Origin: Campylobacterales bacterium | GTDB lineage: Bacteria; Campylobacterota; Campylobacteria; Campylobacterales; Sulfurimonadaceae | DNA: 64,000 bases | Direction: 5' to 3' | Assembly: GCA_038205935.1 (NCBI GenBank) | Contig: JBBRBK010000001.1 | Coordinates: forward strand, 38,595 to 102,594 | In this document: in pieces, positions 31,384-42,221 of the stretch | Layout of the letters: every line of letters starts with the position of its first letter | Numbering within the stretch: position 1 is the stretch's first letter | Notes under the pieces: generated by a model | What the model saw: the letters and a program-made list of their open reading frames with translations, nothing else | The model's database searches: none | What the model was told of the DNA's origin: nothing | Made by a program: the position numbers and the translations under genes

Positions 31384-33432
31384 ATGGAAAAAATATTTAG
31401 TAAACTCAACGAAGCTCAGTCAAATGCTGTAAAACAGACAGAGGGACCAGTTCTCATTCTTGCAGGTGCGGGAAGCGGTAAGACGACGACTATCACTTCA
31501 AGACTTGCCTATCTTTTAAAAGAAATTGGTATCCCAGCAGGGAACACCCTGACGCTGACTTTTACCAATAAAGCAGCAAATGAGATGCGAGAGCGTGCGC
31601 TAAGTATGATTGAAAATAAATCGTATCCACCACTTTTATGTACCTTTCACAAATTTGGTCTCCTCTTTTTGAAGTTCAATATCCACCTTTTAGGGCGTAA
31701 TAACAACTTTGTTGTCATAGATACAGATGATAAAAAAAAGATCCTTAAAAAAATTAATTCCGAACTTCCTACTCCGCTAATCGCCAGCGAAATATCACGA
31801 TATAAAAACTCTCTTTTAACTCCTGATGATGCTTATAAGCAAGCTGAGATGACCATTTACCAACAAATAGCAAATGTTTATGAGGAGTATCAAGCCTATT
31901 TACTAGAAAACAATCTTGTCGATTTTGATGATCTTTTAGCTCTTCCATATAGACTTCTTTGCGAAAATGAAGAGTTAGCACTGAAGACAAGCCAAAAGTA
32001 TCAGTATATAATGATTGATGAGTATCAAGATACTAACGAACTTCAGTTAAAACTCATTCAAAAACTCTGTATGACACACAATAATCTCTGCGTCGTCGGT
32101 GATGATGATCAAAGTATTTATGGATGGAGAGGCGCGCATATACGCAATATTTTGGAATTTGATCAGGATTTTAAAGATACTTATGTTGTAAAGCTAGAGG
32201 AAAATTACCGCTCTCGTGAACCAATTTTAGTAGTAGCAAATGCTTTAATAGAACATAACCGCTCTCGTCTTGGAAAAAAACTCATCTCTACTCGCGGTGG
32301 CGGAGAAGATGTTAAAACTCTCAACTCTGGTGATGAAAGTGAAGAAGCAAGAAAAATAGCCGACCAGATTATAAAACTTATCAACAGCGGTACTTCACCT
32401 CACGAAATCGCCATTCTTTACCGTGTCAATGCACTGAGTCGCTCCATAGAAGATGGACTCAATCGTGCAAATATTCCCTACAAACTTGTCGGAGGTCTTA
32501 GATTTTATGACCGTTCAGAGGTTAAAGATCTTATCTCTTATCTCAGAGTGATTACAAACTTTCATGATAACTTTTCTTTTAAAAGAATCATCAACAAGCC
32601 AAAACGCGGACTAGGCAAAGCGACTATCGACAAACTCGAACTCGCAGCGATCGCACTTGATATCTCTATGTTTGAGTATATCGAGAGACACAGCTTGTCT
32701 GAACTTGAAAATCTAGTAAAGAAAAAGAACGCTCAAACACTCAAAAGTTTTATAGAAGACATTAAGGAAGCACATAGAGTCTCACAAAGTGCAATCTATA
32801 CTTTTATTGATTTTTTAGAAGATACTTTTCATATCAAAGAGATCTATAGTTCTACTCCTGATGAGCAAGAAAGACTTCTTAATATCGATGAGTTTTACGG
32901 ACTTTTCCGAGATCATGTCAAAAAGAAATCTGAGCTCACTCTTGATGAGTTTTTAAATGAACTTACCCTTCAAAGTGACCAAGATGAGATCGAAGGTGAA
33001 AGCATCTATATGATGAGTATCCACGCTTCCAAAGGTTTGGAATTTGAGCATGTCTTTATTATTGGTCTTGAAGAGGGATTTTTACCTCTTACGGGTGATG
33101 GAAGTGATTTAGAAGAGGAACGCCGCCTTGGATATGTTGCTATTACAAGAGCAAAAGAAGCTCTGACTCTCTCACATGCAAATAGTAGATTTTACAAAGG
33201 TAGACGTAGTGATCTTTTAAAAAGCAGATTTTTTAATGAAGCTGGACTTTGTGAGGGTTCACTTGTCGTAGAAAAAAGTACAAACTTTAAAAAAGGGGAT
33301 CTTGTTCGTCATAAGATCTTTGGAGCCGGACGCGTTATGGGTGTCAGTAAAACAGCAAAAGAGTTTAAACTTAGTATCAATTTTGGTGGTAATACAAGAG
33401 AAATTCTCGCTTCTTTTGTGGAGAAACTGTGA
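31384..33432 (+). CDS. uvrD: UvrD/PcrA/Rep family ATP-dependent DNA helicase
   Basis: LAGAGSGKT, TFTNKAA, DEYQDTN, VGDDDQSIY, HASKGLEF, EEERRL.YVAITRA. Confidence 0.93.
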   Translation: MEKIFSKLNEAQSNAVKQTEGPVLILAGAGSGKTTTITSRLAYLLKEIGIPAGNTLTLTFTNKAANEMRERALSMIENKSYPPLLCTFHKFGLLFLKFNIHLLGRNNNFVVIDTDDKKKILKKINSELPTPLIASEISRYKNSLLTPDDAYKQAEMTIYQQIANVYEEYQAYLLENNLVDFDDLLALPYRLLCENEELALKTSQKYQYIMIDEYQDTNELQLKLIQKLCMTHNNLCVVGDDDQSIYGWRGAHIRNILEFDQDFKDTYVVKLEENYRSREPILVVANALIEHNRSRLGKKLISTRGGGEDVKTLNSGDESEEARKIADQIIKLINSGTSPHEIAILYRVNALSRSIEDGLNRANIPYKLVGGLRFYDRSEVKDLISYLRVITNFHDNFSFKRIINKPKRGLGKATIDKLELAAIALDISMFEYIERHSLSELENLVKKKNAQTLKSFIEDIKEAHRVSQSAIYTFIDFLEDTFHIKEIYSSTPDEQERLLNIDEFYGLFRDHVKKKSELTLDEFLNELTLQSDQDEIEGESIYMMSIHASKGLEFEHVFIIGLEEGFLPLTGDGSDLEEERRLGYVAITRAKEALTLSHANSRFYKGRRSDLLKSRFFNEAGLCEGSLVVEKSTNFKKGDLVRHKIFGAGRVMGVSKTAKEFKLSINFGGNTREILASFVEKL

Positions 33433-34253
33433 ATCGACTCTTTGTCGCTTATAAACCAACTTGGATTGGTTCAAACAAATTTTTATCGCAATTAAAAAGA
33501 AAATATTCTGAGAAAAAAGCTGGCTTTACGGGGACTCTTGACCCTTTTGCCAAAGGTGTCCTTATCATCGGTTTTGGTACGCACACAAAACTTTTTCGTT
33601 TTTTAGACAAAACACCAAAAAGCTATCGTGCAACGCTTTGGTTAGGTGCACATTCAGATACTCTTGATATCGAGTTAGTTGATAGCATAGAAGATACAAA
33701 AGCTTTAAGTCAAGAGAGTATTCAAGAAGCGCTTAAAAATCTCGAAGGCACACTCACTTATGATCCGCCAATATTTAGTGCAAAAAAGATAGATGGACAG
33801 CGGGCGTATGATCTTGCACGCGCGGGCAAAGAGGTGATCTTAAATAAGATAACTTCTACTATCTATGAAACAAAACTTATCTCTTATTGCCATCCATTTA
33901 TCACATTTGAAGCTACCGTTTCTGAGGGCACTTATATCCGCTCACTCGGAAGAATCCTAGCAAATGCCCTTGATGTAAAAGATGGATGTCTCAGCGCATT
34001 GGAACGCCTCCGAGAAGGACAGTTTCTCTATGAAAATGAAAAAGCTCTAGATATAAAAAAATGTTTAAATATCCCTCAAAACTTTTATTATGGCGATTCT
34101 ACAAATATTTTCTATGGCAAACCCTTACATGTAAAGGATTTTCAAATCCAAGAAGATGGCACGTATTGGATAGATAATAATGATACAATTACGATAATAA
34201 ATCTCTTAGAAAATCAAGTCAAATATGAACTTAACAAGGTTGAAATATGCTAA
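33429..34253 (+). CDS. truB: tRNA pseudouridine(55) synthase
   Basis: [31 protein letters not shown]. Confidence 0.96.
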   Translation: MNRLFVAYKPTWIGSNKFLSQLKRKYSEKKAGFTGTLDPFAKGVLIIGFGTHTKLFRFLDKTPKSYRATLWLGAHSDTLDIELVDSIEDTKALSQESIQEALKNLEGTLTYDPPIFSAKKIDGQRAYDLARAGKEVILNKITSTIYETKLISYCHPFITFEATVSEGTYIRSLGRILANALDVKDGCLSALERLREGQFLYENEKALDIKKCLNIPQNFYYGDSTNIFYGKPLHVKDFQIQEDGTYWIDNNDTITIINLLENQVKYELNKVEIC

Positions 34254-34483
34254 TTTTATCTCGCAAGATAAATGAATCTATCATGATTGGTGAGAATATT
34301 GAGGTAAAAATCATCTCTATCGATAAGGGTGTCGTAAAACTCGGGATAGAAGCGCCCTCTTCAATATCCATAATGAGAAATGAACTTTTAAAAGAGGTAC
34401 AAGACTCCAATAAAGCTGCATCTATGCATGTAGATGATTCTATCTTAGAAAATTTCTACAAGAGTTTTTCAAAAAAATTATGA
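34247..34483 (+). CDS. csrA: carbon storage regulator
   Basis: MLILSRK..ESIMIG...[11 protein letters not shown]. Confidence 0.96.
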   Translation: MLILSRKINESIMIGENIEVKIISIDKGVVKLGIEAPSSISIMRNELLKEVQDSNKAASMHVDDSILENFYKSFSKKL

Positions 34484-35259
34484 AGACTTATAAAGCCTAT
34501 GCAAAAGTAAATATCTTTTTAAAGATCACGGGAACTCGTGGAGACTACCATGAGATTATCTCACGATTTATGAAAGTTCCTGCCCTTTATGATGAACTTT
34601 CATTTATGCCAAAAACAGATGATACATTTCAGATCATCGGTGATTTCAATTGTACAACAGAACAAAATACAATCTATAAAGCCTACCTTGCATTGTATGA
34701 TGCAACAAAGTCCGAAGCGTTAGTGCAACTTTTAAAAGATAATGCTATACATGTAAACAAAAAAATCCCCTCTTTTGCCGGTCTTGCCGGAGGAAGTAGT
34801 GACGGCGCAACTTTTTTAAAGATGTGTAATGAAGTTTTAGATTTAGGTTTAAGTAAAAGTGAGTTGGCAACTATCGGAGTAAAAGTTGGAGCTGATGTGC
34901 CATTTTTTGTTTATGGTTACGAGAGTGCAAATGTTAGTGGAATAGGTGAGATCGTTGAGAAATTTGATGAAGAACCTCTTGAGTTAGAGATAGTTACACC
35001 AAAGATTGAGATCTCAACGCCTCATGTATATCAAACCTATAGAGAGTTTTATTTTGATCCACTTGATAACTCTCAAGTAGATCTACTTAAACAGATGAGA
35101 TCTTTAGAAGTGCTCAAAAATTTTAGTATAGAAGAGGCAAATGACCTCTATAAACCAGCACTTCACAATTATCCATCTCTCAAAGAAAGCCAAAAAGATG
35201 GTTATTTCTTTAGCGGGAGTGGAAGCAGTTTTTTTATATTAAAGGGCAACAATGGGTAA
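34480..35259 (+). CDS. ispE: 4-(CDP)-2-C-methyl-D-erythritol kinase
   Basis: [33 protein letters not shown]. Confidence 0.96.
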   Translation: MKTYKAYAKVNIFLKITGTRGDYHEIISRFMKVPALYDELSFMPKTDDTFQIIGDFNCTTEQNTIYKAYLALYDATKSEALVQLLKDNAIHVNKKIPSFAGLAGGSSDGATFLKMCNEVLDLGLSKSELATIGVKVGADVPFFVYGYESANVSGIGEIVEKFDEEPLELEIVTPKIEISTPHVYQTYREFYFDPLDNSQVDLLKQMRSLEVLKNFSIEEANDLYKPALHNYPSLKESQKDGYFFSGSGSSFFILKGNNG

Positions 35260-35704
35260 GCAAATAGCAAGCAATAAAAAAGCGTATCATGATTATTTTA
35301 TCGAAGAAAAATTTGAGGCAGGTCTTGTTTTGCAAGGGAGTGAGATAAAGGGAATTCGAGCGTCAAGAGTCAATCTTAAAGACAGTTTTATTCGTCTAGT
35401 AAAAAATGAAGCGATTCTTTTTAATGCCCATATAGGAAAGTTAGAAACGACTCACCACTTTTATGGACATGAAGAAAGAGGCAATAGAAAACTTCTTTTG
35501 CATAAAAAAGAGATTGCTAAACTCAAAAAAGCAATAGAGCGCGACGGATACACGGTAGTTCCACTTTCGCTTTATCTCAATGACAGAAATATTGCTAAAC
35601 TCCAAATCGGTATTGCCAGGGGAAAAGATCTTCACGACAAACGCCAAGATATGAAAGAAAAAGATATGAAACGTGATATGCAAAGAACTTTAAAAGACTA
35701 CTAA
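35252..35704 (+). CDS. smpB: SsrA-binding protein
   Basis: [38 protein letters not shown]. Confidence 0.97.
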   Translation: MGKQIASNKKAYHDYFIEEKFEAGLVLQGSEIKGIRASRVNLKDSFIRLVKNEAILFNAHIGKLETTHHFYGHEERGNRKLLLHKKEIAKLKKAIERDGYTVVPLSLYLNDRNIAKLQIGIARGKDLHDKRQDMKEKDMKRDMQRTLKDY

Positions 35705-35713
35705 AGTTCTTGA

Positions 35714-36361
35714 CTAAGCGCTTGCCCATAATATTTTTATCCCATAGATGATGAACTGAGATGCAATGGCTCCGACTATGAGTCCCATTATTCTCGTCAT
35801 TATTTTGATGCCGGTTACACCAAGAAGTTTTGTTAAAAAAATTGCATTTTTGAGTGTTAAATAAACTATTACTACCGAAATCAATATGGATATGACCAAT
35901 AAAACCATATCCATGATATCTAGACTTTTAGTTTTAAATATTATGAGTGTTGAGATGACTCCCGGACCAAAAAGAATTGGAATTCCAATTGGAATCACTG
36001 AAATATCTTCTTTACTAATGATAGCTTCGGATTCCTCTGTCGAATGATTTGTTTCCGCTCTTTTTCCCTGAACCATATTGATAGACATAATAAGTAAAAT
36101 AACTCCACCGATCACCATAATGGAAGAGGTGTTAATACCAAAAAGCTCAAAGATACCATTTCCTAATAATACCGTCACTAATGAAGCAAACAAGACGGTC
36201 ATAGCCGCTTTTTTACTAATGATATTAATCTCCCCTTGCGTTACTTCAGAAGAGGATGACGATATCATTATTGCCGCGGCTGCAATCGGATTAAGAATTG
36301 TAATAAGACCAATTGTAAAATGTAAAAGTGTTTGCAAATATGTATAGTAATTGATATCCAT
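35714..36361 (-). CDS. MarC family membrane protein
   Basis: ILNPI, GGVILL, VIPIGIPILFGPG.I, TRIMGL. Confidence 0.9.
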   Translation of the reverse strand: MDINYYTYLQTLLHFTIGLITILNPIAAAAIMISSSSSEVTQGEINIISKKAAMTVLFASLVTVLLGNGIFELFGINTSSIMVIGGVILLIMSINMVQGKRAETNHSTEESEAIISKEDISVIPIGIPILFGPGVISTLIIFKTKSLDIMDMVLLVISILISVVIVYLTLKNAIFLTKLLGVTGIKIMTRIMGLIVGAIASQFIIYGIKILWASA

Positions 36362-36960
36362 TATGATTTACTTACCAACTTTTTAAGAGCTGTTCGCACC
36401 AAGATAACAATCAAAAAGCTTGAAATAAATCCTGCGAGTACATCTGCTGGAAAATGAGCTCCAACACTCACACGTGATATCCCAACCCATAATACAAAAG
36501 TAACACCTACCCATTTCTTCCAGCCAAATAACAAAGGCCAAGTACTTGCAACAATTAACATTGCAAATGATGAATGTCCACTTGGAAAACTGTGATGATA
36601 TTCCGCAATACCAACAATATTTACAGTTCCATCAGGCAAGGCAAGTGGCAGTCTTGGAAAATCTAAAAGTGGCTTGATAATCTCTAGAAATAATCCATCT
36701 ATGAGATATGAAACACCTAAGACTACTATTGGAATCAACCATAAATAAATCTCTTTTTTCGAGAGAGAATGCGTATTTTGTTTCGCTAAATTATAAAAAA
36801 CCATCCCAATAAAAAGAATGATATAAATATCAAAATGCGTATGAGAACCCAAAGCTGTGCCAAGAAGCATGATTTTATCAAGGAATTCTGATCTAATATT
36901 ATTTATGAAATGGAATAGCCAGACATTCAGTCCAAACCAATCATACACTACATCCCTCAT
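36361..36960 (-). CDS. PAP2 family membrane phosphatase
   Basis: K.....PR, SFPSGH, SRVSVGAHFPADV; start taken at ATG 36960 (ATGA overlap with upstream stop). Confidence 0.88.
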   Translation of the reverse strand: MRDVVYDWFGLNVWLFHFINNIRSEFLDKIMLLGTALGSHTHFDIYIILFIGMVFYNLAKQNTHSLSKKEIYLWLIPIVVLGVSYLIDGLFLEIIKPLLDFPRLPLALPDGTVNIVGIAEYHHSFPSGHSSFAMLIVASTWPLLFGWKKWVGVTFVLWVGISRVSVGAHFPADVLAGFISSFLIVILVRTALKKLVSKS

Positions 36961-37520
36961 ACCAAGACCATAGCCCACAATATAATGCCACCAAGTGCCG
37001 CAACTGCAGCCATAGCAAATAACCATTTCTTACGTGTAAGTACTGTAATAGATGCAAGTGAAATAGCAATCTGAATAAGTGTCATGGCTTGTGCTAGTTT
37101 ATGGTGTGGAACCATAAGCGCATCACTTTCTTTGTTAGCTTCTTCAGATTTTACTTCTAAGGATTCAGCTTTTTTCTTTATCTCTGCCTTCTCTACGTCG
37201 TATTTTTCTATTTTACTTTTGTAGTAATCTTGTTTCTCTTTTGGAGCCATATCTGAAGCAAGTTCCATTAGATGGACTTTATTACTTTTTGACTGATAAA
37301 AGTTCCATTGATCAGAAGCCTGAGTTTTCAAGAGGACAGCCTCATTCTTATGTAACATCGCCTCATTCTGAGCATCTCCGCCCTGATAACTCACAATAGC
37401 GCCAATCGATGCTAAAATAGCCGTAAATATAGCAATATATTGCCCTAGTTTACTCTCTTCTGCTGCATGTTCTACTGCATGATCGTGCGCTCCGTGTACG
37501 TGAAATTCGTGTCCTGACAT
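36957..37520 (-). CDS. DUF4337-like membrane protein with His-rich N-terminus
   Basis: MSGHEFHVHGAHDH, ASDQWNFYQSKS.K, LIQIAISLASI. Confidence 0.8.
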   Translation of the reverse strand: MSGHEFHVHGAHDHAVEHAAEESKLGQYIAIFTAILASIGAIVSYQGGDAQNEAMLHKNEAVLLKTQASDQWNFYQSKSNKVHLMELASDMAPKEKQDYYKSKIEKYDVEKAEIKKKAESLEVKSEEANKESDALMVPHHKLAQAMTLIQIAISLASITVLTRKKWLFAMAAVAALGGIILWAMVLV

Positions 37521-37635
37521 CTTCTTATCCCCTCATTTTTATAGCATATTTTTGTACGGAAGTATATTGTGTGAAGTGTAAACGAAAGCGTAACAGAAGA
37601 AGCCCTTTATACAATAAAGAGCTGAATAGTAAAGT

Positions 37636-38031
37636 TTATTGAAGTTCTGCAGAAAAATCTTCTTTTGTCTGAAAACCTCTAGTAGTTTTATAAATATTTT
37701 CATCTTTATAGTTTACAAAATAAACCACTGGTATAGTTGAAGAGTCAAACTTTAAAGGAAAATTTTTTTCTTCACGATTCATAATAAGTGGCACATACTT
37801 TTTATGTACTTTTGCATTTATATCACTGTTGCTCAAAGTTCTTTGTTCAAACTTCTTACACCATGGACAGTAGTTTGTAATAAGTACAAACATCAGATCC
37901 TTTTTTTCTTCTTTAGCTTTTGCAATAGCAACTTTATAATCAGTCTCATAACCTAAACCCGAGGCAAATTCTTTATAGCTTTGTCCAAATAATAGTGTTG
38001 TAAGAAACAATAATATCAATAATTTTTTCAT
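37636..38031 (-). CDS. exported thioredoxin-fold protein
   Basis: Signal peptide, CPWC, cis-Pro motif TIP. Confidence 0.85.
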   Translation of the reverse strand: MKKLLILLFLTTLLFGQSYKEFASGLGYETDYKVAIAKAKEEKKDLMFVLITNYCPWCKKFEQRTLSNSDINAKVHKKYVPLIMNREEKNFPLKFDSSTIPVVYFVNYKDENIYKTTRGFQTKEDFSAELQ

Positions 38032-38462
38032 TCGTTATCCTCTTTATATTGCTCTGCGAATTGCTCTAAGAGATTATCTATACTTTCATTCAGATCTTCA
38101 TCTAATTTAAAGATTTCAAAAATATCTTCACTCGCATAAGTCATAGCAAATGTTTCCGCTCCGTCTTCTCTTTTTACATTTTCTCCGATTAAAAGCTTTA
38201 CATGTACAACAGGTTCATCACCGATAGAAAATCCGCTTATTAAGACGGCAATAGATCTATCTGAAAAGTTCTTCGTATTAATCCCTAACGCTTCAACTTT
38301 TTTAATAAGCTTTTGCTTAATGATAGCTACATACGTTTGCGGCACATTATCTGCACTAATCTCCACAACAGGATAAAGTTCTTTAATTCCAGTTAATGTA
38401 AAAGGTGTTTTAGCATAAGCAAAAGTTGTAAATAAAAGGGCAAAAAATATCGTTTTTATCAT
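38028..38462 (-). CDS. hypothetical exported protein
   Basis: Start at ATG 38462 (MIKTIFFALL, signal peptide) with AGGA RBS; the longer ORF-track version overlaps rplS. Confidence 0.75.
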   Translation of the reverse strand: MIKTIFFALLFTTFAYAKTPFTLTGIKELYPVVEISADNVPQTYVAIIKQKLIKKVEALGINTKNFSDRSIAVLISGFSIGDEPVVHVKLLIGENVKREDGAETFAMTYASEDIFEIFKLDEDLNESIDNLLEQFAEQYKEDNE

Positions 38463-38562
38463 TATTATTTTTCCTAAGTAAATTATTGGAATATTTTGTA
38501 ACGACCTAATTATAGTGGGGAGTGTTGAAAAGAGATTGAGAAAAAGTGGAGACTTAGAAGAA

Positions 38563-38922
38563 TTATTTTCTTCTAAGTTCTTGAATACGAGCTTTTTTAC
38601 CAGCAAGGTCACGAAGATAAAACAGTTTTGCACGACGTACACGACCACGACGAATAACTGTGATTTCATTAATACTATCAGTATAAAGTGGGAAGATTCT
38701 CTCAATACCAATACTATTTGCGCCAATTTTACGAACTGTGATAGTTCTACCAGTGCCTTCGCCACGAATTGATATACAAACACCTTCGTAGTTCTGGATA
38801 CGAACTTTTTCACCCTCTTTAATAGAGACCGCTAAACGAACTGTATCACCAGCACGAAATTCTGGAACATTTTTCTCAGCTAGTTGTGCTTTTTCAAAAT
38901 TTTCTATGTACTTATTTCTCAT
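38563..38922 (-). CDS. rplS: 50S ribosomal protein L19
   Basis: [35 protein letters not shown]. Confidence 0.98.
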   Translation of the reverse strand: MRNKYIENFEKAQLAEKNVPEFRAGDTVRLAVSIKEGEKVRIQNYEGVCISIRGEGTGRTITVRKIGANSIGIERIFPLYTDSINEITVIRRGRVRRAKLFYLRDLAGKKARIQELRRK

Positions 38923-39616
38923 AAGATTTCCTTGTATTGTGCTTTAAATGCTTCTCTGGACGAAAGAAAGAAGTCTTGCATTCTGATAAAGCAGATTTTA
39001 GTGAGCGAATTTTACTATGATTTCCCTTTAAAAATTCTGATGGGATATCTTTTTCATTATAAATTTGCGGCTTAGTGAAAGATGGAGCTTCAAGCAGTTC
39101 GCTCTCAAAGCTTTCAATCTCCAAAGATTCACTATTGCCAAGTACTCCATCAATATTTCTTACAATTGCATCACACATTACAAGAGAGGGTAATTCTCCG
39201 CCTGTAAGTATGTAATCTCCGATGCTAAAAACTTCATCTGCAAACTCTTCTATTACTCTCTCGTCAATTCCTTCATACCTGCCGCTTACAAAAACTATGT
39301 GCTTTTTATGAGCAAGGCGTTTTGCATCGTTTTGCACAAAGCTTTTTGCAACAGGAGTTGCAAAGATGATATATGCATCCGCATCTTCATCTCTGATACT
39401 CTGCAATGTATCAAAAAGTGGCTGAGGACTCATAAGCATTCCTGCACCCCCACCAAAAGCGGTATCATCCACTTTATGATGTTTTGAGGTGCTAAAATCT
39501 CTAGGATTTACATAATGAATATCAAAAAGATTTTTATCAATGGCACGTGAAAGGATAGAGTCTTGAAAATAGCCATCTATAAGATTTGAAAAGAGAGTAA
39601 CAAAGGTAAAACGCAT
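38912..39616 (-). CDS. trmD: tRNA (guanine37-N1)-methyltransferase
   Basis: [30 protein letters not shown]; start MRFTFVTLF at 39616. Confidence 0.97.
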   Translation of the reverse strand: MRFTFVTLFSNLIDGYFQDSILSRAIDKNLFDIHYVNPRDFSTSKHHKVDDTAFGGGAGMLMSPQPLFDTLQSIRDEDADAYIIFATPVAKSFVQNDAKRLAHKKHIVFVSGRYEGIDERVIEEFADEVFSIGDYILTGGELPSLVMCDAIVRNIDGVLGNSESLEIESFESELLEAPSFTKPQIYNEKDIPSEFLKGNHSKIRSLKSALSECKTSFFRPEKHLKHNTRKSYEK

Positions 39617-39629
39617 ATTTTTCCTTTGT

Positions 39630-40172
39630 TTAAGAAGCTTCGAGGATATCGATTGCGCCCTTGACTTCGATAATTTTTTTATCAACATCTACAGAAAGAA
39701 CAAAGCGATCTTGATAAGGAATTAAGAATGTTTTTGAGAGTTTTTTATCTACAAATGCCTGATCTGTAATAACTTCCAAATAATCCGTTGGTCCAATGCG
39801 ATCAACTTCATCAACGATACCAAGCAAAACACCATTTTCATATACTTTACAATTTTCAATATCAAAATAAAAATACTGTCCATCTTTAAGATCAACATTT
39901 TCTCTTGTATCTTCATAACTTGTATAGATTTTTTCATTAGTGAGACGCTTTGCATCTTCTGGATTATTGACACCGACTATTTTTATAAGAGAGCGTTCGA
40001 AATCGACAGAGGAAAGTTCAATAGTGCGTTTTTTACTGATAAAAAATTTTGCACCTTTTTTAAACTGTTCTGGGAAATCGCTTTTAATGTGAAGTTTCAT
40101 ATCACCGAACAAACCGACAGCTTTGCCGATTGTAGCGATGTGAAGAAGTTTATTATCGGATTGGTTCGACAT
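39630..40172 (-). CDS. rimM: ribosome maturation factor RimM
   Basis: [21 protein letters not shown]; rpsP-khpA-rimM-trmD-rplS order. Confidence 0.93.
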   Translation of the reverse strand: MSNQSDNKLLHIATIGKAVGLFGDMKLHIKSDFPEQFKKGAKFFISKKRTIELSSVDFERSLIKIVGVNNPEDAKRLTNEKIYTSYEDTRENVDLKDGQYFYFDIENCKVYENGVLLGIVDEVDRIGPTDYLEVITDQAFVDKKLSKTFLIPYQDRFVLSVDVDKKIIEVKGAIDILEAS

Positions 40173-40392
40173 TGATTCTATAACTTTTGCCATCTTTAGC
40201 TTTACAGCCAGAGATCACTGTCTTGATTGCACCAATCATCTTGCCCTCTTTACCTATCAACTTGCCAACGTCAACTTGATTTGCATAAAGGATTATTTCG
40301 ACTAAGTCGTCGCTTATTGTTGATTCTACCCTAATCTCATCAGGATGTGTTGCTATTAAACGGGCAAATTCAGCGACGAAGTCTGTTATCAT
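40153..40392 (-). CDS. khpA: KH-domain RNA-binding protein
   Basis: DVGKLIGKEGKMI.AI KH motif, directly after rpsP. Confidence 0.9.
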   Translation of the reverse strand: MITDFVAEFARLIATHPDEIRVESTISDDLVEIILYANQVDVGKLIGKEGKMIGAIKTVISGCKAKDGKSYRINVEPIR

Positions 40393-40394
40393 GA

Positions 40395-40622
40395 TTACTT
40401 ACCAGTAATCTTTTTAACACGGCTACTCATAGTAGCACCAACGCTTAACCAGTAGTCAAGACGTTCTTCATCAACTTTTAGTACTTTTACTTCACCCATT
40501 GGGTTATAGTAACCGATGAGTTCTATCCAACCACCATCTCTACGTTTGCGAGAATCTGTTACCGCGATACGGTAAAATGGTTTTTTGTTACGACCCATAC
40601 GAGTTAGTCTGATTGTTGTCAT
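40395..40622 (-). CDS. rpsP: 30S ribosomal protein S16
   Basis: IRLTRMG..KKPFYRI...DSR..RDG..IE..GYYNP. Confidence 0.98.
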   Translation of the reverse strand: MTTIRLTRMGRNKKPFYRIAVTDSRKRRDGGWIELIGYYNPMGEVKVLKVDEERLDYWLSVGATMSSRVKKITGK

Positions 40623-40797
40623 GTTTTTTCCTTAGAATAATAAAGTATAGGGGAAATGTCGCAAAATAAAATTATGAAAGTTTTATGTTGCCTCTTGCCG
40701 CCTTTTGGCGTTATACACAGCTCACAATCACAGAGGGATTATTTTGAGAGCCAAAACGATGGGCGAATTATAGTAAAAATTCTTCCAAATGTAAAGC

Positions 40798-42153
40798 TTA
40801 TCTTCTTAAAGAGTTTACGCTTCCCGGTCCGCCCATCTGACTTACCATATTTTGCAGATCTTTCATCCCCTTAACACCTGAGAATTTTTTTGCCATCTTC
40901 CCTGCATTTTTGAACTGCTTCAAGATACGATTGACTTCTACCTGAGAAAGCCCACAGCCCTTAGCAATTCTTTCTTTACGAGAATTATTTAATAGTTCCG
41001 GATCTTCACGCTCTTTTAGCGTCATAGAAGAAACCATCGCTTTAATCTGCTTAAGTTCATATGAATTCTCTAAATCAAAATCTTTTAAAGCGTTACTCAT
41101 GCCAGACATTCCCGGAATCATTCCCATGATGGATTTCATACTTCCCATCTTTTTCATGCTTTCCATCTGACCTAAAAAGTCATTAAAGTTAAACTCACCT
41201 TTTCTGATCTTTTTCGTCATCTCTCTGGCTTGTTTTGCATCAATGATATTTGCTGTTTTTTCAGCCAAACCTTCGATATCTCCAAGACCCATCAAACGGT
41301 TAACAATTCTCTCTGGGATAAAGACTTCAAGATCTTCCATCTTCTCACCACTACCAATGAAACGAAGTGGAACTTGTACTTGAGAGGAAAGACCAAGTGC
41401 GACACCGCCTTTAGAATCTCCATCATATTTACTAAGAATCACGCCATCAATACCAATCTGTTCTTTAAAAGATATCGCAGTTTTTACAGAATCCTGCCCT
41501 GTTAAAGAGTCTGCAACATAAAAGATTTCATCAGGATTGGCGACTTTTTTGACTTCATGAAGCTCACGCATCAACTCTTCATCGATTGCCAAACGGCCGG
41601 CAGTATCTATGAGAACTACATCAAAAAGTTTTGTATCAGCATATTTTAATGCCGCTTTTACAACATCCACTGGATTTTTTGTTGCTTCATCTTCAAAGAG
41701 TTCTACTTCTACCTGTGCAGTAATTTGGCGAAGTTGTTCAACTGCCGCTAAACGCTGTAAATCGGCTGCGACAACAAGAACTTTCTTCTTTTTTTGTTTT
41801 AAATAATAAGCGAGTTTTCCCGTTGTCGTTGTTTTACCAGAACCCTGCAAACCTGTCATCAAGATAACCGTCGGCGGATTTGGTGCAAAAATAAAACCTT
41901 TTTTACCACCAACTTCCAATATGGAATACAATGTTTCTCGAAGAGCATCAAGGAATTGATCTTTCCCGATCCCTTTTGCTTTTGTTTTGAGCTCTACATC
42001 AAAAATAAGGTCTTTAACGACTTTGTAATTTACGTCAGCTTTTAAAAGTGCTTTTTTTAATTCTGCTGTTGCTTTTATCAGCGATTTTTCATCATCATGA
42101 AAACGTATTTTTCTTATTGCTGTTGTAAACGATTCGGTTAATGTATCAAACAT
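40798..42153 (-). CDS. ffh: signal recognition particle protein
   Basis: GLQGSGKTT, DTAGR, DGDSKGG, Met-rich M domain. Confidence 0.97.
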   Translation of the reverse strand: MFDTLTESFTTAIRKIRFHDDEKSLIKATAELKKALLKADVNYKVVKDLIFDVELKTKAKGIGKDQFLDALRETLYSILEVGGKKGFIFAPNPPTVILMTGLQGSGKTTTTGKLAYYLKQKKKKVLVVAADLQRLAAVEQLRQITAQVEVELFEDEATKNPVDVVKAALKYADTKLFDVVLIDTAGRLAIDEELMRELHEVKKVANPDEIFYVADSLTGQDSVKTAISFKEQIGIDGVILSKYDGDSKGGVALGLSSQVQVPLRFIGSGEKMEDLEVFIPERIVNRLMGLGDIEGLAEKTANIIDAKQAREMTKKIRKGEFNFNDFLGQMESMKKMGSMKSIMGMIPGMSGMSNALKDFDLENSYELKQIKAMVSSMTLKEREDPELLNNSRKERIAKGCGLSQVEVNRILKQFKNAGKMAKKFSGVKGMKDLQNMVSQMGGPGSVNSLRR

Positions 42154-42221
42154 AAAAACTTCCTAAATAAAATGAATATTATGGGTTTAATTCTAGCTAA
42201 ACCCTGCTTAAAAGAGCAAAT

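Noticed and set aside
35705..35713. ssrA (tmRNA) or an integrated element next to smpB
   Set aside because: Only 9 bp separate smpB from the next gene; no tmRNA ends, integrase or att repeat seen
38463..38813. Upstream extension of the 38028 ORF overlapping rplS in another frame (apparent dual coding)
   Set aside because: A good RBS, ATG and signal peptide at 38462 explain the gene; the extension looks like a chance open frame
40623..40797. SRP RNA (ffs) next to ffh
   Set aside because: The conserved SRP domain IV motif (CAGG...GGAA...GCAGC) is not present on either strand
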